Assembly (NCBI RefSeq): GCF_006345805.1
Contig: NC_043021.1
Span: 3,906,001-3,970,000, forward strand
DNA from: Octopus sinensis
Lineage: Eukaryota
Reading direction: 5' to 3'
DNA: 64,000 nucleotides
Position 1 is the stretch's first letter. The number at the start of each line of letters is the position of its first letter. Positions 13,301 through 28,300 of the stretch are shown in pieces. The notes below the pieces were generated by a model, which saw only the letters and a program-made list of their open reading frames with translations, had not been told where the DNA came from and searched no databases. The translations under genes and the position numbers were made by a program.

Positions 13301-16300
13301 TCTGCTACTTTCGACTGTTCCCTGAAGGATTGTTTTGGCTCAGTCCAACTTGGATTCCAAATCGAGGAATACCTATTTCTTTATTACCCACAAGGGGCTA
13401 AACACAGAGGGGACAAACAAGGACAGACATAGGTATTAAGTCGATTACATCGACCCCAGTGCGTAACTGGTACTTAATTTAGCGACCCCGAAAGGATGAA
13501 AGGCAAAGTCGACCTCGGCGGAATTTGAACTCAGAACGTAATGCAGACGAAATACCGCTAAGCATTTCGCCCGGCGTGCTAACGTTTCTGCCAGCTCGCC
13601 ACCTGGAATACTTGTACTGAAAAGGGTCAGCATTGTTACATTTTGTATCATGCAGGATCTCCCTAAGAACTATATTAAGGGTGCAAATGTCTGTGCAGTG
13701 CTCAGCCACTTGCACAATAATTTTATGAGCAGGCTGTTCCATTGATTGGATCGACTGAAACCTTGTCATCACAACTGACCAAATGACAGTTAGAGTGTCG
13801 GCATAAACAGATAATAATGACTTGGAGGGGAACAAAATAAATTCTCATGCACACTACAGCATTAAACTTTAAGAATAAAGTGGAAGTTAGAGTACAGAAG
13901 TATATAAAGTTATTAGTGTCATATATACATCTACAAACATAACTCCATGAATACATCGCATAGACATGTATAGATACTGAGGTGTCACATATACACTTAG
14001 AAAAATACATGCATGAATAAACAAATAGAGACACAGATATAAAAACTTCATGCTGTTTAAATCCTCATTAAAATAAACCTATTTTGATGCATTTTGGGAG
14101 GGTCATTATGCCAATAACAAACACACACATGCACTGGTTGTATTTCACTTCTTTATTATTTATTTGTCAATTGGTTAGTATCTAAGCAATTAACTAATAA
14201 AATATTTGATTGGCTAATTTCTTGGTTAATCAATTGATCAGTTTGGTTTGTCAAAGTCCTTTCATCACCATTTGCAATGAAATTATCTATGTAGCTGCTT
14301 ACTGTGTTAAAAATGGTAGCCAAATCTCCCTCTAAATGCACATTACCACTGGAAAAGTAGAACGATTACACCAGACAGTGATTAAAATAAACTTTTTATA
14401 CTTTGATGTATCTTGGGAAGGTTATTATGCCAACAATAAACACACACTGGTTCTATTTCACTTTTTTATTATTTATTTGTCAATAGGTCAACTGTTTAAC
14501 CAATTAACTAATAAATTGATTGGTTAATTGTTTGGTTAATCAATCAATCAATTTGGTTTGTCATCACTATTTGCAATGAAATGATTATTTCAGTGATCGA
14601 AGAAGAGACGACCCTCTATGTAACAGCTCACTGTGTTAAAAATGGCAACCAAATCTCCCTCTAATTGCACTCTAGCATTGCAAAAGCAGAAAGAGTACAT
14701 GGAACAATGCAAGTGTAGATACAATATGTCCAAAACTAAGATGTGATGGTCACAGAGGGAATGGTTTTTATCGTGGGTTTGCTTGATCGAATGCTGATCT
14801 TAGACTGACCACCATCTACAGCAGCAACAACAACAGCAGCAGCAGCCACCAACTTGATTTTATAACCCAGCACTAGGATATGGTTGGGTTACTGACAAAG
14901 GGACTGAATTCTCAATCTCTTTGACTGTAAGATAGTCAAAAGGGTGTAAAATGAGAAGTGGTGTCAGCATCACTGAGAATGATACTGATGAAGACTATGT
15001 GCTTTCACTGAAAGATGAGGTGTTGGGGAGAAGGAAATGATGCTTCTGAAGAAAAAAGGCCACATCTGGGTCATGACTCCTGGGTGTCCTGCTGACACAT
15101 TTTAGCCACTTGGATATTGGAGCCTTGGTCATTTAAACTTCCTGGAGATTTCATCAAGTTGTAACTGCTATCTGTTGATTCAGTTTTCAAACTTACATTT
15201 AATGAAGAAATAACTTTGGTTGCCATGGTAGCTGTGAAACGTCAATACTATCACAATGACTTAAAGTTACTTCCCTTATTATTAAAATACAAAAATATTT
15301 TCTACTCTAGACACAAGGCCTGAAAGTTAGGGTGAGGGGACCAGTCGATTAGATCAACCCCGGTATGCAACTGGCACTTAATTTATCAACCCTGAAAGGA
15401 TGAAAGGCAAAGTCAACCTTCACAGAATTTGAACTCAGAACATAAAGCGAGAAGAAATACTGCAAAGCATTTCGCCTAGCATGCTAATGTTTCTGCCAGC
15501 TCGCTGCCTTAAAATGCAAAAACATTGCCTTCAAATAGTATGGAGGTGGTTTTGGTTCCTCCTTGACCCCAAACAGATATTTTAGCTACAGGAATGTTAC
15601 TTTTATTTCAGATAACTTGTCCTAGAATTCAGAGCTGACTAAAATGTCTTCTTCCTCACAAAGATCATCATCATTTAGGGTCTGTTTTCCATGCTAGCAT
15701 GGGTTGGACGGTTCAACTGGGGTCTGTGAAGCCAGAAGGCTGCATCAGGCCCAGTCTGATCTGGCAGTGTTTCTACGGCTGGATGCCCTTCCTAACGCCA
15801 ACCACTCCGTGAGTGTAGTGGGTGCTTTTTACGTGCCACCCGCACAGGTGCCAGACGGAGCTGGCAAACAGCCACGAACGGATGGTGCTTTTACGTGCCA
15901 CCGGCGAGGCTGGCAACGGCCACAAACGGATGGTGCTTTTACGTGCCACCGGCACGGAGGCCAGTCGGGGCGGTGCTGGCAACGGCCAACGGAATGAAAT
16001 CGATTAACAATATTTTGGTATTAGCGGAAGAAATTCTTTTAATGGCATTACGCTTAATGCCTTCAAATGGAACACACTATTTCTCATGATTCAGAAGATA
16101 AGATCATGATATACTTCCAAGATCAAATATAACCCCAAATAGTCAAACAAAAAAATATTTCTAAAATTACTTGTCACCATCAGCTGTTCCCTTCCTGGAC
16201 CTGCTTCGAGGTCCTGAGATGCAGATCCTTTGTGCTCCCACCCAGCATCTCCCAGAAAAAATTGCAAGCTGTAGGGTGGATACTGCAATATATTTTTTTT

Positions 16301-19039
16301 GAATGGATTCTTTATCTAAGATCCAAACATTTCCCTTGTTAACCCATAAGACAGACAAAGCAGCATGTTTATTCTTTCAAACTCCTTTCATATCGCAGTT
16401 TTTGTTGGTCCTCTTTGTGCCTAGCATCAAGCTGCTATTTACATTTGACTTGTGACTTGAAAAGCCTAATGATGACTTCCTCCGATAGGACTCTATGGAG
16501 AGGGTGCTTGTGGGTTCTACCCCTTAGGGAATAGCGGGTAGAGAAGATCCATGGACGGACTTGTCACTTTTTCTGGTATGAATTAGAGATATAAAAACAA
16601 CAATTAATTTTCTAAATCAACCATGAATTCTGCATTAGTAGCAGACCAACAGAAAATATACATTTCTTAATCTGATGCCAGTATAGTCTGCCTTTGGCTC
16701 AAAGTATAACAATATTGGCATTGTGGTGAATTCCCTGCAGCACCGTCATAAAATATAAAGTAGCTGTCAAGACAAGCAAACATCAGAGTATTTGCAAAGC
16801 TACAAAAATTACCAATTTTTTTTTTGTTACTTTGATGTCATCTTAGTCTGCTTCTGGCTTGAAGTATGACAATGTTGGCATTGTGGTAAATTCCTTGAGC
16901 ACCGTCATGAAATATAAAGTGGTTGTCAAAACGAGAGTTCATCAGAGTGTTAGCAAAACTACAAATCATACATTTTTTTTTTTTTTTTTTACTCTGATGT
17001 CATCTTAGCCTGCCTTTGTGTCAATGTACAATGATATTGGCATTGCAGTAAATTCCTGGAATGTGAAGCAGCAGTCAAGAGAAGAGGCTTTCAGAGTATC
17101 TAACAGCAAAGTCTTAAAGAACCCAAGATAAATAAAAGAATGGCCATTTGGCATCGTTGTTACTGCATAGCTCTGGTTCCTATGCACATTTATTCTCCCA
17201 AGGGAGTCAAGGGCAAGGGAACTGAAGTATCGGACAGAACCGTTGCTTTCATGATGCAGTCATGGCACTTGGTATTTACCGATAATTTAATCTAGTTATA
17301 GTCAACTAATCTGTAGTTACTTATCATTATTAACACAGAATAGAGAGCTGAATGCATGGCAGTGTTCTGTTCTCAGTGTTAATGGACATTAGTGCAAAGC
17401 TTACATAGATTGTATACAGATTAGCTGAAATAGTGAGAGAGAGAGGAGAGACAAGGAGGAAGAGATAATGGCAATGGTTTGGACATGTCCTAAGGATAGA
17501 GGAGATGATGTTTGTTGAATACTAAAATGGCATAGAACAATATAAGGTTTAAGGTGGTTAGGGGAGTTGCAAGTGGGTAAGATAGCTAGGTCAATAACAG
17601 ACAAACTGATAGAGATATAGAGACAAATATATGCAGATAGACAGACACACATATAGATAGATAGATAAATAGATAGATAGATATTTGAATAGACATATAA
17701 ACTGGTACTTCATCGGTTACAATGACAAAGGTTCCAGTTGATATGATCAACAGGAAGAGCCTGCTTTCGAAATTTACATGCTACTGGTTGAGCACTCCAC
17801 AGGTACCCGTGCCCTTAACCCTTTAGTATTTAAACCGGCCATATCCGACCAAAATAGCTAATCTGTTATATGTTCAAACTGACCAGATCCAAGCTCTCAC
17901 ACCTACCCTACAATGTTATTCTACATTAAGTAATTACACCATCGAGATCTTGAAGATATGAGATAATGCATGATTAATTCAAATCAAAGGGAATCAATAA
18001 GCATTATGTTTGATTGAATAATCTGAACACTAAAGGGTTAATGTAGTTCTTGGGGAGATTTAGCGTGACACAAAATGTGACAAGGCCGGCCCTTTGTAAT
18101 ACAGCTACTACTAATTTTTACCAGCTGAGTGGACTGGAGCAACGTGGAATAAAGTGTCTTGCTCAAGGACACAATGCTCTGTTGGGAATCAAACTCATGA
18201 CCTTACGATCATAAGCTGAATGCCCCTAACCACTAAGCCACATGCTTTCACCGATAAACATATAAATTGACATATAAACAGACAGATGTATTGACGGACA
18301 GACAGACATATAAATTGATAAACAGATAACCAAACAAGCATTTAGATAAGCAGCCAGACGTACAGACAGATGATCGGACAGAAGCAATATTCAAATGGCA
18401 CTTGTGAAAGATTTCATGCAATTCCTGCTTCAAAAGTTTTACAAGAATAAAACAAACAAACAAACAAACAAACAAACACAAAAATATAAAAAGGAGATCA
18501 AATATTAAAAATTAAATAATTAAATTTTAAAAATTAAAACCAAAGCAATTTGTACAAAAACAGACATTCTGAAAGGGGGTGGGGAGTAAGTGATATTGCT
18601 GGAGATTTCTGAAGTAAAATAAAATTAAAAAAAAAAAAAAAATATTAAAAAAAATAAAACAAAAATATATTTAAAAAAAAATTAATTAAATAGACAAACA
18701 AGATATTAAAATGAAGGAAAGTAAACAAAAGAAATTCATGCTGGTAATTACAATAAAAATAAATGAAAATAAAAAAAAAATTCAGAATAACAAGAGGGTG
18801 TAATTAGAAAAAACAGAGGTAGAAGGTGAATGATACAATTATGAAAGGGTGAAAGAGTAATTTCATTTACTTTCAGGCAATAAATAAATAAATAATTAAA
18901 TAAATAAATAATAGCCAAGACAATAAAAATCAAAATCAACTTAACCTGACAAAACAATTTATATTTTTTAAGGAAAGAAGAAAGATGTGTTTAGGAGAGA
19001 ATTGACAGAGAAAATAATAAACACATGTATTCATAATTT

Positions 19040-19134
<95 letters not shown>

Positions 19135-21901
19135 TGGGGTATGCTTTGTTTGGTGAAGGGTGAAATGTCAGATTCTTGCCCTGTAAAGATAATGATGAAG
19201 GAAGTGAAACAATGGCATCACTCTTGGCTTCTCACTAATGGTGACGAGGAAAAGGAGGAAGAAGAAAAAAGGAGAAGAAAGAAGAGGAAGAGAAAAGAAG
19301 GAGAAAGAAAAGAAGAGAAACTCCAAGAGTTTTATAAGAAAGAAAAAAAAAACAAAAAAAGAAAATCACTCATCAATTTGTCAAATTTTCTAAAAGAAAC
19401 AGAAAAATCTTTTTTTTAAAGAAATAAAAAATAAAATAAAAAAAAACATGAAAGAATGAAAAAATATTCTTTCAAGTTCTTGAAGAAAACAAAAAACAAA
19501 CAACAAAAAAAAACAATACAAAAAACAAATGTAAATAAATAAACAACCAAAAGGAATATTACTAATCTGAAGAATTTTGGTTTCAAATTTTCAAATAATT
19601 CCCAAATTCATTAGTCTCTAAGATATAGATTTTCATCAATGACTATCAATATTGATTTTGTGGCTGTGTGGTAAGAAGCTTACTTCCCAACCAGGTGGCT
19701 TTGGGTTCAGTCACACTGCATGGCACCTTGGGCAAGTATCTTCTACTGAATGTATGTGTGTGAGGTCAATAGATCTCTGCTAGCTTCAGTTGTTCAATCA
19801 ATTGTTTTATCTTGTTATTGAATTAATGCTTAAGTGGTTGAGTATCCCACAGAAGTGTGTACCCTTAATATAATCCTTAGGCAGAATCAGCTTGAAGATG
19901 CTTACCTTTGAATTACAGGTATAATTCATCTGACAGGCTTCGACACAATTTCCATATAACTGGTTCTATTCACAAGGCTTGGGTTAATCTAAATGGTTAA
20001 AGACATTTGCCTAAAATTCCACTGTGGGATTGAACCCAGGATTGTGAGACACACTCCTCAACCATTCAGCCATGTTGTTTTTATGTGTGTGTGTTCAGTG
20101 CTCATTCATAACAAAATCTTCTACCTCTCTATTCAGCCTAAGACCTTGCAGTTACAGTTACACTTTGCTTTGTTGATGAGGCCTAAAAAGACTGAAACAT
20201 GTCCGGAGTTGTCACCCATAAAGATCAAATTCCCTTCCAATAGCATTTGATACTTAATTACTTTAAATTACATTTTGGGATTATTTTCTCTTCCGTTTTT
20301 TTTTTTTTTACCACAATTAGTCGTTTAGATAATTTGTTCTGAGCAGATTTGTTAAAAAAAATAAAAACAAAAGAAAAATGCTACCATGTTCATTATAATC
20401 CTATTCCTCATTATTATTATCATCATTGATTTGACTCAGGTTTGTTTTTATATCTGGTAGAATCTAAGTGGGTAGCAGGTACCCACAATCTCTCAATAGT
20501 GGCAAGCATTCTGCAGAAACTCTTCAGAGCATTCTATTCCAATCTCTTTCAACCATTCATCTATATCTTTGCTCACAATTCTCTGTACACCAATTACTAT
20601 AGGCACAACCTTTACAATTTTCATATTCTAAATTCTTGCAGCTTCAAAATTCAAGGGAATTATTATTATCATTATCATCATTATTATATTTCAGCCCTTG
20701 TGGCCAATAAAGAAATCATCATTATTATTATTATTATTGTAATCATTATCATTATTATTATTATCATTATTGTTGTTATTGTCATTATTATTATTTATTA
20801 TTATTATTATTATTATTTTTGTTATTATCATTATTATTATTGTTATCATTATTACTATTGTTGTTATTATTATTATTACTGTTATTATTATCATTATTAT
20901 CATTATTATTATTGCATAGTTTCACAGCATAACCATAAATAGGCCAGTGTGCCTTGGCTATGCATATTGTTACATTTCTGTATTTTCTTTTGTGCGAAAA
21001 ACAATTTATGCAGTGTGTGTGTGGGTGTGTGTATAGTACCAAGTGACTTTATTTTCCCGTTTTTTTCTTACCTTTCATTAGTCTTACCATTTTCCAGTCT
21101 TATTCTTATCATTGGCCATACACAATCAACTCTGTACAAAATCTCAAAGTAAGCGTAATATTCCTATATCCACCTCCCCCACCACGGCAAATAAAAGATA
21201 TTGCCATTAACATCATCATTATAACATAGTTGTTTATATTTGTATCCTTATAGACATGGATATAATAACCGTTATTTTTTCATTGGTACGAATCAAGAAG
21301 AATGGAATTAAATTCACCTGGAGGTTTCATTATTGCTGATAATTTCTCTGATTCATCGCTGCTATTGAAATCCAGGTCTGGCTGTGTACTGAGGCCGCTG
21401 AGGACACTCTCATCGGAGTGGTGCCCCGAGGCAACCAAGATGGAAGAAAAGTCAATCAAGTCTACATCTGGGGAGAGAAGCAAGTTTAAAACCACACCGT
21501 TAAATTCTAAACAACTGAAACAACCAAAACACAACAGACATGTTGCCTCATACGAAGAAGTCTAAAAAAAAATCTTATTCCATCTCTGATTTACAAATGG
21601 GAGAGAGAGCAAAAGAATACAGACACAAATTGTGCATATTCTTTCTTTTATTGCGTTCTTGTTTAAATTATGAAGAAGAAGAAGAAGAAGAAGAAATAAG
21701 AAGAAGAAAGAAAAACCATGATTTAATTGATAAATGAAATATACTTCAATATTGAAACAACTTTATCGAAGGCATTATTAAGTCTTGATAGATTTTGTGA
21801 AAAATATAAAGAAAAGGAATGAATTTGTATTCAAGATTGGAGACGAGTAATGCAATGTTGCCAGATATTTCTCAAGAAGTATGTGCTTATGTGTATGTAT
21901 G

Positions 21902-21952
<51 letters not shown>

Positions 21953-22249
21953 CAACAATTGAGGGCAAAATTAATTAATTATTAATCAATTTCACCAAGT
22001 GTTCAGTATGCAAAGGGACCATTCAAGGCGAATTCAAATTATTACATTATATAAAAGGGCTTAGTAAAATAAATTACTTTGCCGCATACTGAACTCATTA
22101 GAATAGCAGCTAAAAAACTTTTTTAAAGCTATTTCTAATACTTAAAGAAAATTTTCTTTAAGTATTAGAATAGCTTTAAAAAAGTTTTTTAGCTGCTATT
22201 TCTAATGAGTTCAGTATGCGGCAAAGTAATTTATTTTACTAAGCCCTTT

Positions 22250-22281
<32 letters not shown>

Positions 22282-22416
22282 GTTATATAATATGTATGTA
22301 TGTATATATATATGTGTGTATATATATATGTATATATATATATATATGTATTAATATATAATGTATATATATAGATATGTATATATATATATGTAATATA
22401 TTATATATGTAATTAT

Positions 22417-22451
<35 letters not shown>

Positions 22452-22585
22452 GTATATATAATTATATGTATATATATATGTGTGTATATATATATATGTA
22501 TATATATTGTATATATATATATGTATATATATATATGTATATATATATGTATATATATGTATGTATGTATATATATGTATGTATG

Positions 22586-22617
<32 letters not shown>

Positions 22618-22655
22618 TATGTATGTATATATATATATATATATACATATATATG

Positions 22656-22712
<57 letters not shown>

Positions 22713-22732
22713 CTATATATATATATATAATA

Positions 22733-22772
<40 letters not shown>

Positions 22773-22778
22773 CATATA

Positions 22779-22851
<73 letters not shown>

Positions 22852-22867
22852 CATATATATACTACAT

Positions 22868-22898
<31 letters not shown>

Positions 22899-23052
22899 CT
22901 ATATATATATATATATATACATATATATATACATACATACATACATATATATATATACATACATACATATATATATATACATACATATATTATATAATAC
23001 ATACATATATATATACATACATACATATATATATATACATACATATATATAT

Positions 23053-23111
<59 letters not shown>

Positions 23112-25283
23112 TAAACATACATGTATATACTTCCCAAAATAGCTCTTGTTATGATTTCATTAATTAACATCTTAATTATTATTACATTTTTTTTTAAACA
23201 CAAGTCAAGGGAAGGGTATTTGGAAGAAATCTTTTTTTTTCTTAATCTTTAAAAACTGAAGCTTCATAATTTACAGATAAATCTAACATTTTACTGGCTC
23301 TAGTGTCCAAGATACACGTAGTCAAGGTTTCTTTGCTATTTATTTCCTTTGTCAGAAATAAATAAATTTAAAACAAAAATCTGTGAATGTTAGACAACAT
23401 ACTGCTAATTAAAAGCAACAATTAGGATCTTTGCAATAAATTTTAATAACACTTTCTGAGTAACAAGCCACTGGGTTTGCCTAAATAACTACACATGCAC
23501 ACACAGCTGTAATGCACACATATACTTAGATATGTTATATACACACTCACACACACATGATACACATATACATTTATGTATGTACACACTCACAGACACA
23601 TAAAGTGATAGACATTTCTATACATTTTAATTCATAGTTCTTCACAGCAAATATCAAGACACTGTGTTGATTAAATGCAATAACACAAAAAAGAAAAAAA
23701 AAAAAAAAGCTTTTTGGTTATGAAGTAAGCACTGGAGGAAGAAAAGTAAATTAGTGGAATAAAAAAAAAGGAAGTCAATGAAAACAGCAGCTAGTTGGTT
23801 TTTTGTTTTTTTTGAAGAAAAGCAAAGCAAATTAAGAAGGAGAGATAATTAAACAGGTAGAGAAAGAGAAGAGCCTGTTGGAAATAATAAGTACGTAAAA
23901 TATTAAGAGAAACGAACAAGGATGAGGGGAAAAATACCAGAGCACATAGCAATTCTCTTATATACCTGTAATAGTTGAGAGACTGTGTGAATCCTTATAA
24001 TAATGGAACTAAATGAGACTAACACATGCGTGAGTGTGCACACACACACACACACACAAATGACCATGCTGTTGCCAGCGCTGCCTCGACTGGCCTCCGT
24101 GTTGGTGGCACGTAAAAGACACCAACCGATCGTGGCTGTTGCCAGCCTCACCTGGCACCTGTGCCGGTGGCACATAAAATGCATCCACTACACTCACAGA
24201 GTGGTTGGCATTAGGAAGGGCATCCAGCTGTAGAAGCACTGCCAGATCAGACTGGAGTCTGGTGCAGCCGCCTGGCTTCCCAGACCTCGGGATAGAGAGG
24301 AACTTTCTAGGTGTAATCCCATGGTCATTCATGACCGAAGGGGGTTTTTACCCTTTTTTACATCCCTAATTTACTGTGATCACTTCCTCACCTACTTACT
24401 ACCTCCGCTTTTAAGCCTATTCACTTCTTTATCACTTCCACAAACCATTACGTGACTTCTCTGTCAAAAACACCTTTTGACCAAAACTCTAGACTTTTTC
24501 ACTGTTCAAAACAACCAACCTTACCAATTACCACAGTTTATGGAACCTCTTCACTTTGGTTCTTATTTCTCCACTCTTTCTAATGTGATTACTATCCTTT
24601 TTTTCTTTGTTTTTGTTTCTGTCTGATACACAAAAACCGAAATCAAAAATGACCACATCACTCTGATCATGAAAGTGTCAAAATGCTGTCCATATCTGTG
24701 ACAGCAACTTTGTCTGCCAAAACCATTTGTTTTATCGATCAGTTTTTCTCTTCATATTCCAATCATCTAAAGATTCCTTCAGACATAATTATAGGTTCCA
24801 TTCTACTAAATCCCGAGAGTGGCACACCCATTATTGTATCCTTCTTGGAAATAAGTGAGACAAGTACTCTAATTACATTTGACGGCCTCTTTAAGATCAT
24901 TGAAATATGAAGAGACAACGGCATAGTTCTGGGTTCAGTCCTACTGTGTGGCGCTTGTACTGGGAAAGTAGCTTGCACTATAGCCTTGGGCTGACCAAAG
25001 CCTTGTGAATGGATTTGGTAGACGGAAACTGAAAGAAGACTGTTGTGTGTGTGTATATATCTCTTTCTCTTTTTACTTGTTTCAGTCATTTGACTGCGGC
25101 CATGCTGGAGCACCGCCTTTAGTCGAGCAAATCGACCCCGGGACTTATTCTTTGTAAGCCCAGTACTTATTCTATCGGTTTCTTTTGCCGAACCGCTAAG
25201 TGACGGGGATGTAAACACACCAGCATCAGTTGTCAAGCAATGCTAGGGGGACAATCACAGACACACAAACATATACACACACA

Positions 25284-25327
<44 letters not shown>

Positions 25328-28300
25328 ACAGGCTTCTTTCAGTTTCCGTCTACCAGATCCACTCACAAGGCATTGGTCGGCCCGGGGCTATAGCAGAAGA
25401 CACTTGCCCAAGATGCCACGCAGTGGGACTGAACCCGGAACCATGTGGTTGGTTAGCAAGCTACTTACCACACAGCCACTCCTGAACCTATATGCATTTT
25501 ATTTTCATTCCTGTTGGATCTTACTTATCTGTCCAGGACAGTTTTTTTTTCAATTAGGTCATAATCATTTTCTCTAGTGACACCCCCAGGATGGAGCAAT
25601 AGTTTAGTTGAACTTAAAACATTCAGTTAGCAGTGCAAGAGATAATTCCTGAAATGATCCAAAACGTTTTGCAATGCTAAGGATAGATCTGAAAATTTGC
25701 CAGGATACAGATGGAGCACATGTTGAAAATTTCCAATAAAGTTTTGATGTAAGATTTAGAAATCTATTTGTTACGGTATCATGATTTAAGTAATAAACAT
25801 AAAATTTTGCCAGTTTAAAAAAAAAATTTGGCGAAGTTTCGGTTGTCGTAGCACACGTCATGGTACACGTTTCCGTCGATTTCCGTAAAAAACTTTTATT
25901 TTTTTACATATGGCTTTGCGGGAATATTTGAAGTAATGAGAGCGAAAGAGACTAAGAGGAAGCGATTTTATGACGAGGGAATTTCTCTTTGAAGTCCCCG
26001 TGTGTGTGTTTGATGGGGTGTGGGAGACAGACAGTATGTTGTGTAAGTGAAGTGCTTCTGTTAGTGTGTGCGAAGAGACAGAGAGAGTAATGTGTGAAAG
26101 AGAGAGATAACTGAAATTTTTTACTCGGTGTATATGTATGTGTGTGTATGTATCTATGTATGTGTGTGTGTATGTATGTGTGTATGTATGTATGTATGTA
26201 TGGCCGATTCAGTGTTTACATTTTTTACGGAAATCGACGGAGACGTGTGCTACGACAAACGAAACATCGCCAAAAATTTTGTTGATTTCATTAAAATAGA
26301 GAGTTAATTCTGGGACACCCTGTATATATGTTAGCAGCTGAAATTTGTAGTTTCAACCTGGTCAAGCCTCATCATCCATGCAGGCTTAGATTAATTACAC
26401 AGTTCCGGGTCAACCATCATTCAAATTCAGGTTATTTGTTATAGAATTGTCTAAATATAATTACATTTTAGAAACATTTAGCATATGCAAAACTGAAATG
26501 TTTAATCAAGAGAACACCAACACAAAATACAAACAACTGGAAAACTTTCCTCTCTTCAAACATCAAAGTTTTAGCAAAAGAAAAGACAAATATCTGTTTG
26601 AATAAACAAAATGACAGGAGTAAATAGTGTGTGTGTGTGTGCTTATATGTATGTGTGTATGTATGTATGTGTATGTTTATCTAAGTGTGTTGGTGTGTGT
26701 GTGTGTGTATATATGTGCGTATGTTTGTATTTGTGTGTGTATGTGTGTGTTTATGCATTTGTGTCTGTGTGTGTTTGTATGTGTGTATATATATGTATGT
26801 TTGTCTATGTGTGTTGGTGTGTATGTCTGTGTGTATGTTTGTGTTTGTGTATTTGTGTGCATATATATGTGTTTATGTCTTTGTGTGCATATATATGTGT
26901 TTATGTCTTTGTGTGTACATGTGTGATAGTATGTATATGTGTGTTTGCGTGAGTGTGTGCTTATATGTTATATGTGTGTATATATATATATATTTGTCTA
27001 TGTGTGTTGCTGTGTGTGTATATGTGTGTTTATGTGTACATGTGTGATTGTATGTACATGTGTGTGTCTGTGTGTGTTTGTGTGTGTGTCTGTGTATGTT
27101 TGTGCAATTTGTGTCAGTAGTAGTTGTAGTAGTTGCTCTCTCTGCTGGTGGTAGCAGTAATTCTGATAATTAAATAGTAATGCAATAAACTATAAGAAAT
27201 GCCAAAGCAGAAATGAAGAACCAGAATCTGACAAAGATAACACACAGGTATCGAAGAGTTATGGGATTTTGTCTTTTCTTTTTAATAAATAAATAATATA
27301 AAATGCTTCTGAAATTTTAACTCTGACAACCTCACATTTCGCTATCACCAGCTGCCTTCAAACACAGGATTTAAAACATGGCCAACACACTAAAACCAGT
27401 AGGAAGAAGTGTGATGAGAGAAATTTAATTGTTAGCAAATGGAATGCTAAAGAGATATCAAATCAAGGAATATCACCTGCAAGTGACTGACATTTTATCC
27501 AGGAAGAAATTTATCTCTCGTCTCATTTGTATATGTATTATGTATATTTTCTGAAAGTTTAGCGTTGCTAGTAATAGGTTTTCAGCAAGCCAGATGTTAT
27601 AATGTAAGACAAATAATGATATTGTGCTCAGACAATAATGACTTTATAAATGAACAAGGAAAATACTGCAACAATTCCAAACCAAAGTGCAATAAGGTCG
27701 GATAAAATGCTGCTAAGCATTTTGCCCGGCATGCTAACAATTCTTATTTCTTTATTGCCCACAAGGGGCTAAACATAGAGGGGACAAACAAGGACAGGCA
27801 AACGGATCAAGTCGATTATATCGAGTCCAATGAGTAACTGGTACTTATTTAATCGACCCCGAAAGGATGAAAGGCAAAGTCGACCTCGGCGGAATTTGAA
27901 CTCAGAACGTAGCGGCAGACGAAATACCGCTATGCATTTCGCCCGGCATGCTAACGTTTCTGCCATGTTTCTGCAATAAGTACAAGGTCTGAAATTTTGG
28001 GAGAAGGGCCTAGTTGATTACGGTGACCCCAGTGCTTGACTGGTGTTTGTTTAATCAACACTGAAAGGATAAAAGGCAAAGTCAACCTCAATGGAATTTG
28101 AACTGGGAATGTAAAAGAAATGCTGCCAAGCCTTTTTTGTCCAATATGGTAGCAATTCTGCCAGCTTGCTGTCTTAATTTCAATTTTCAAATTTTGGCAC
28201 AAAGCCAGCAAAGTGGGGGTAAGCTGATTATATATTTCTTCATTGCCCACAAGGGGCTAAACATAGAGGGGACAAACAAGAACAGACAAAGGGATTAAGT

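Noticed and set aside
16190-16255. Possible HDV-like ribozyme
   Set aside because: Two stems are present, but I found no P2 pseudoknot partner or P3/L3 on either strand.
22283-23203. Many YI/IY/CV-rich ORFs (also at 5354-6140, 26611-27154, 28904-29512, 29990-30599, 63727-63988)
   Set aside because: Dinucleotide microsatellite artefacts.
24360-24900. Possible LINE endonuclease remnant (GSDH near the end on the minus strand)
   Set aside because: There are many stops and no other APE motifs that I could confirm.
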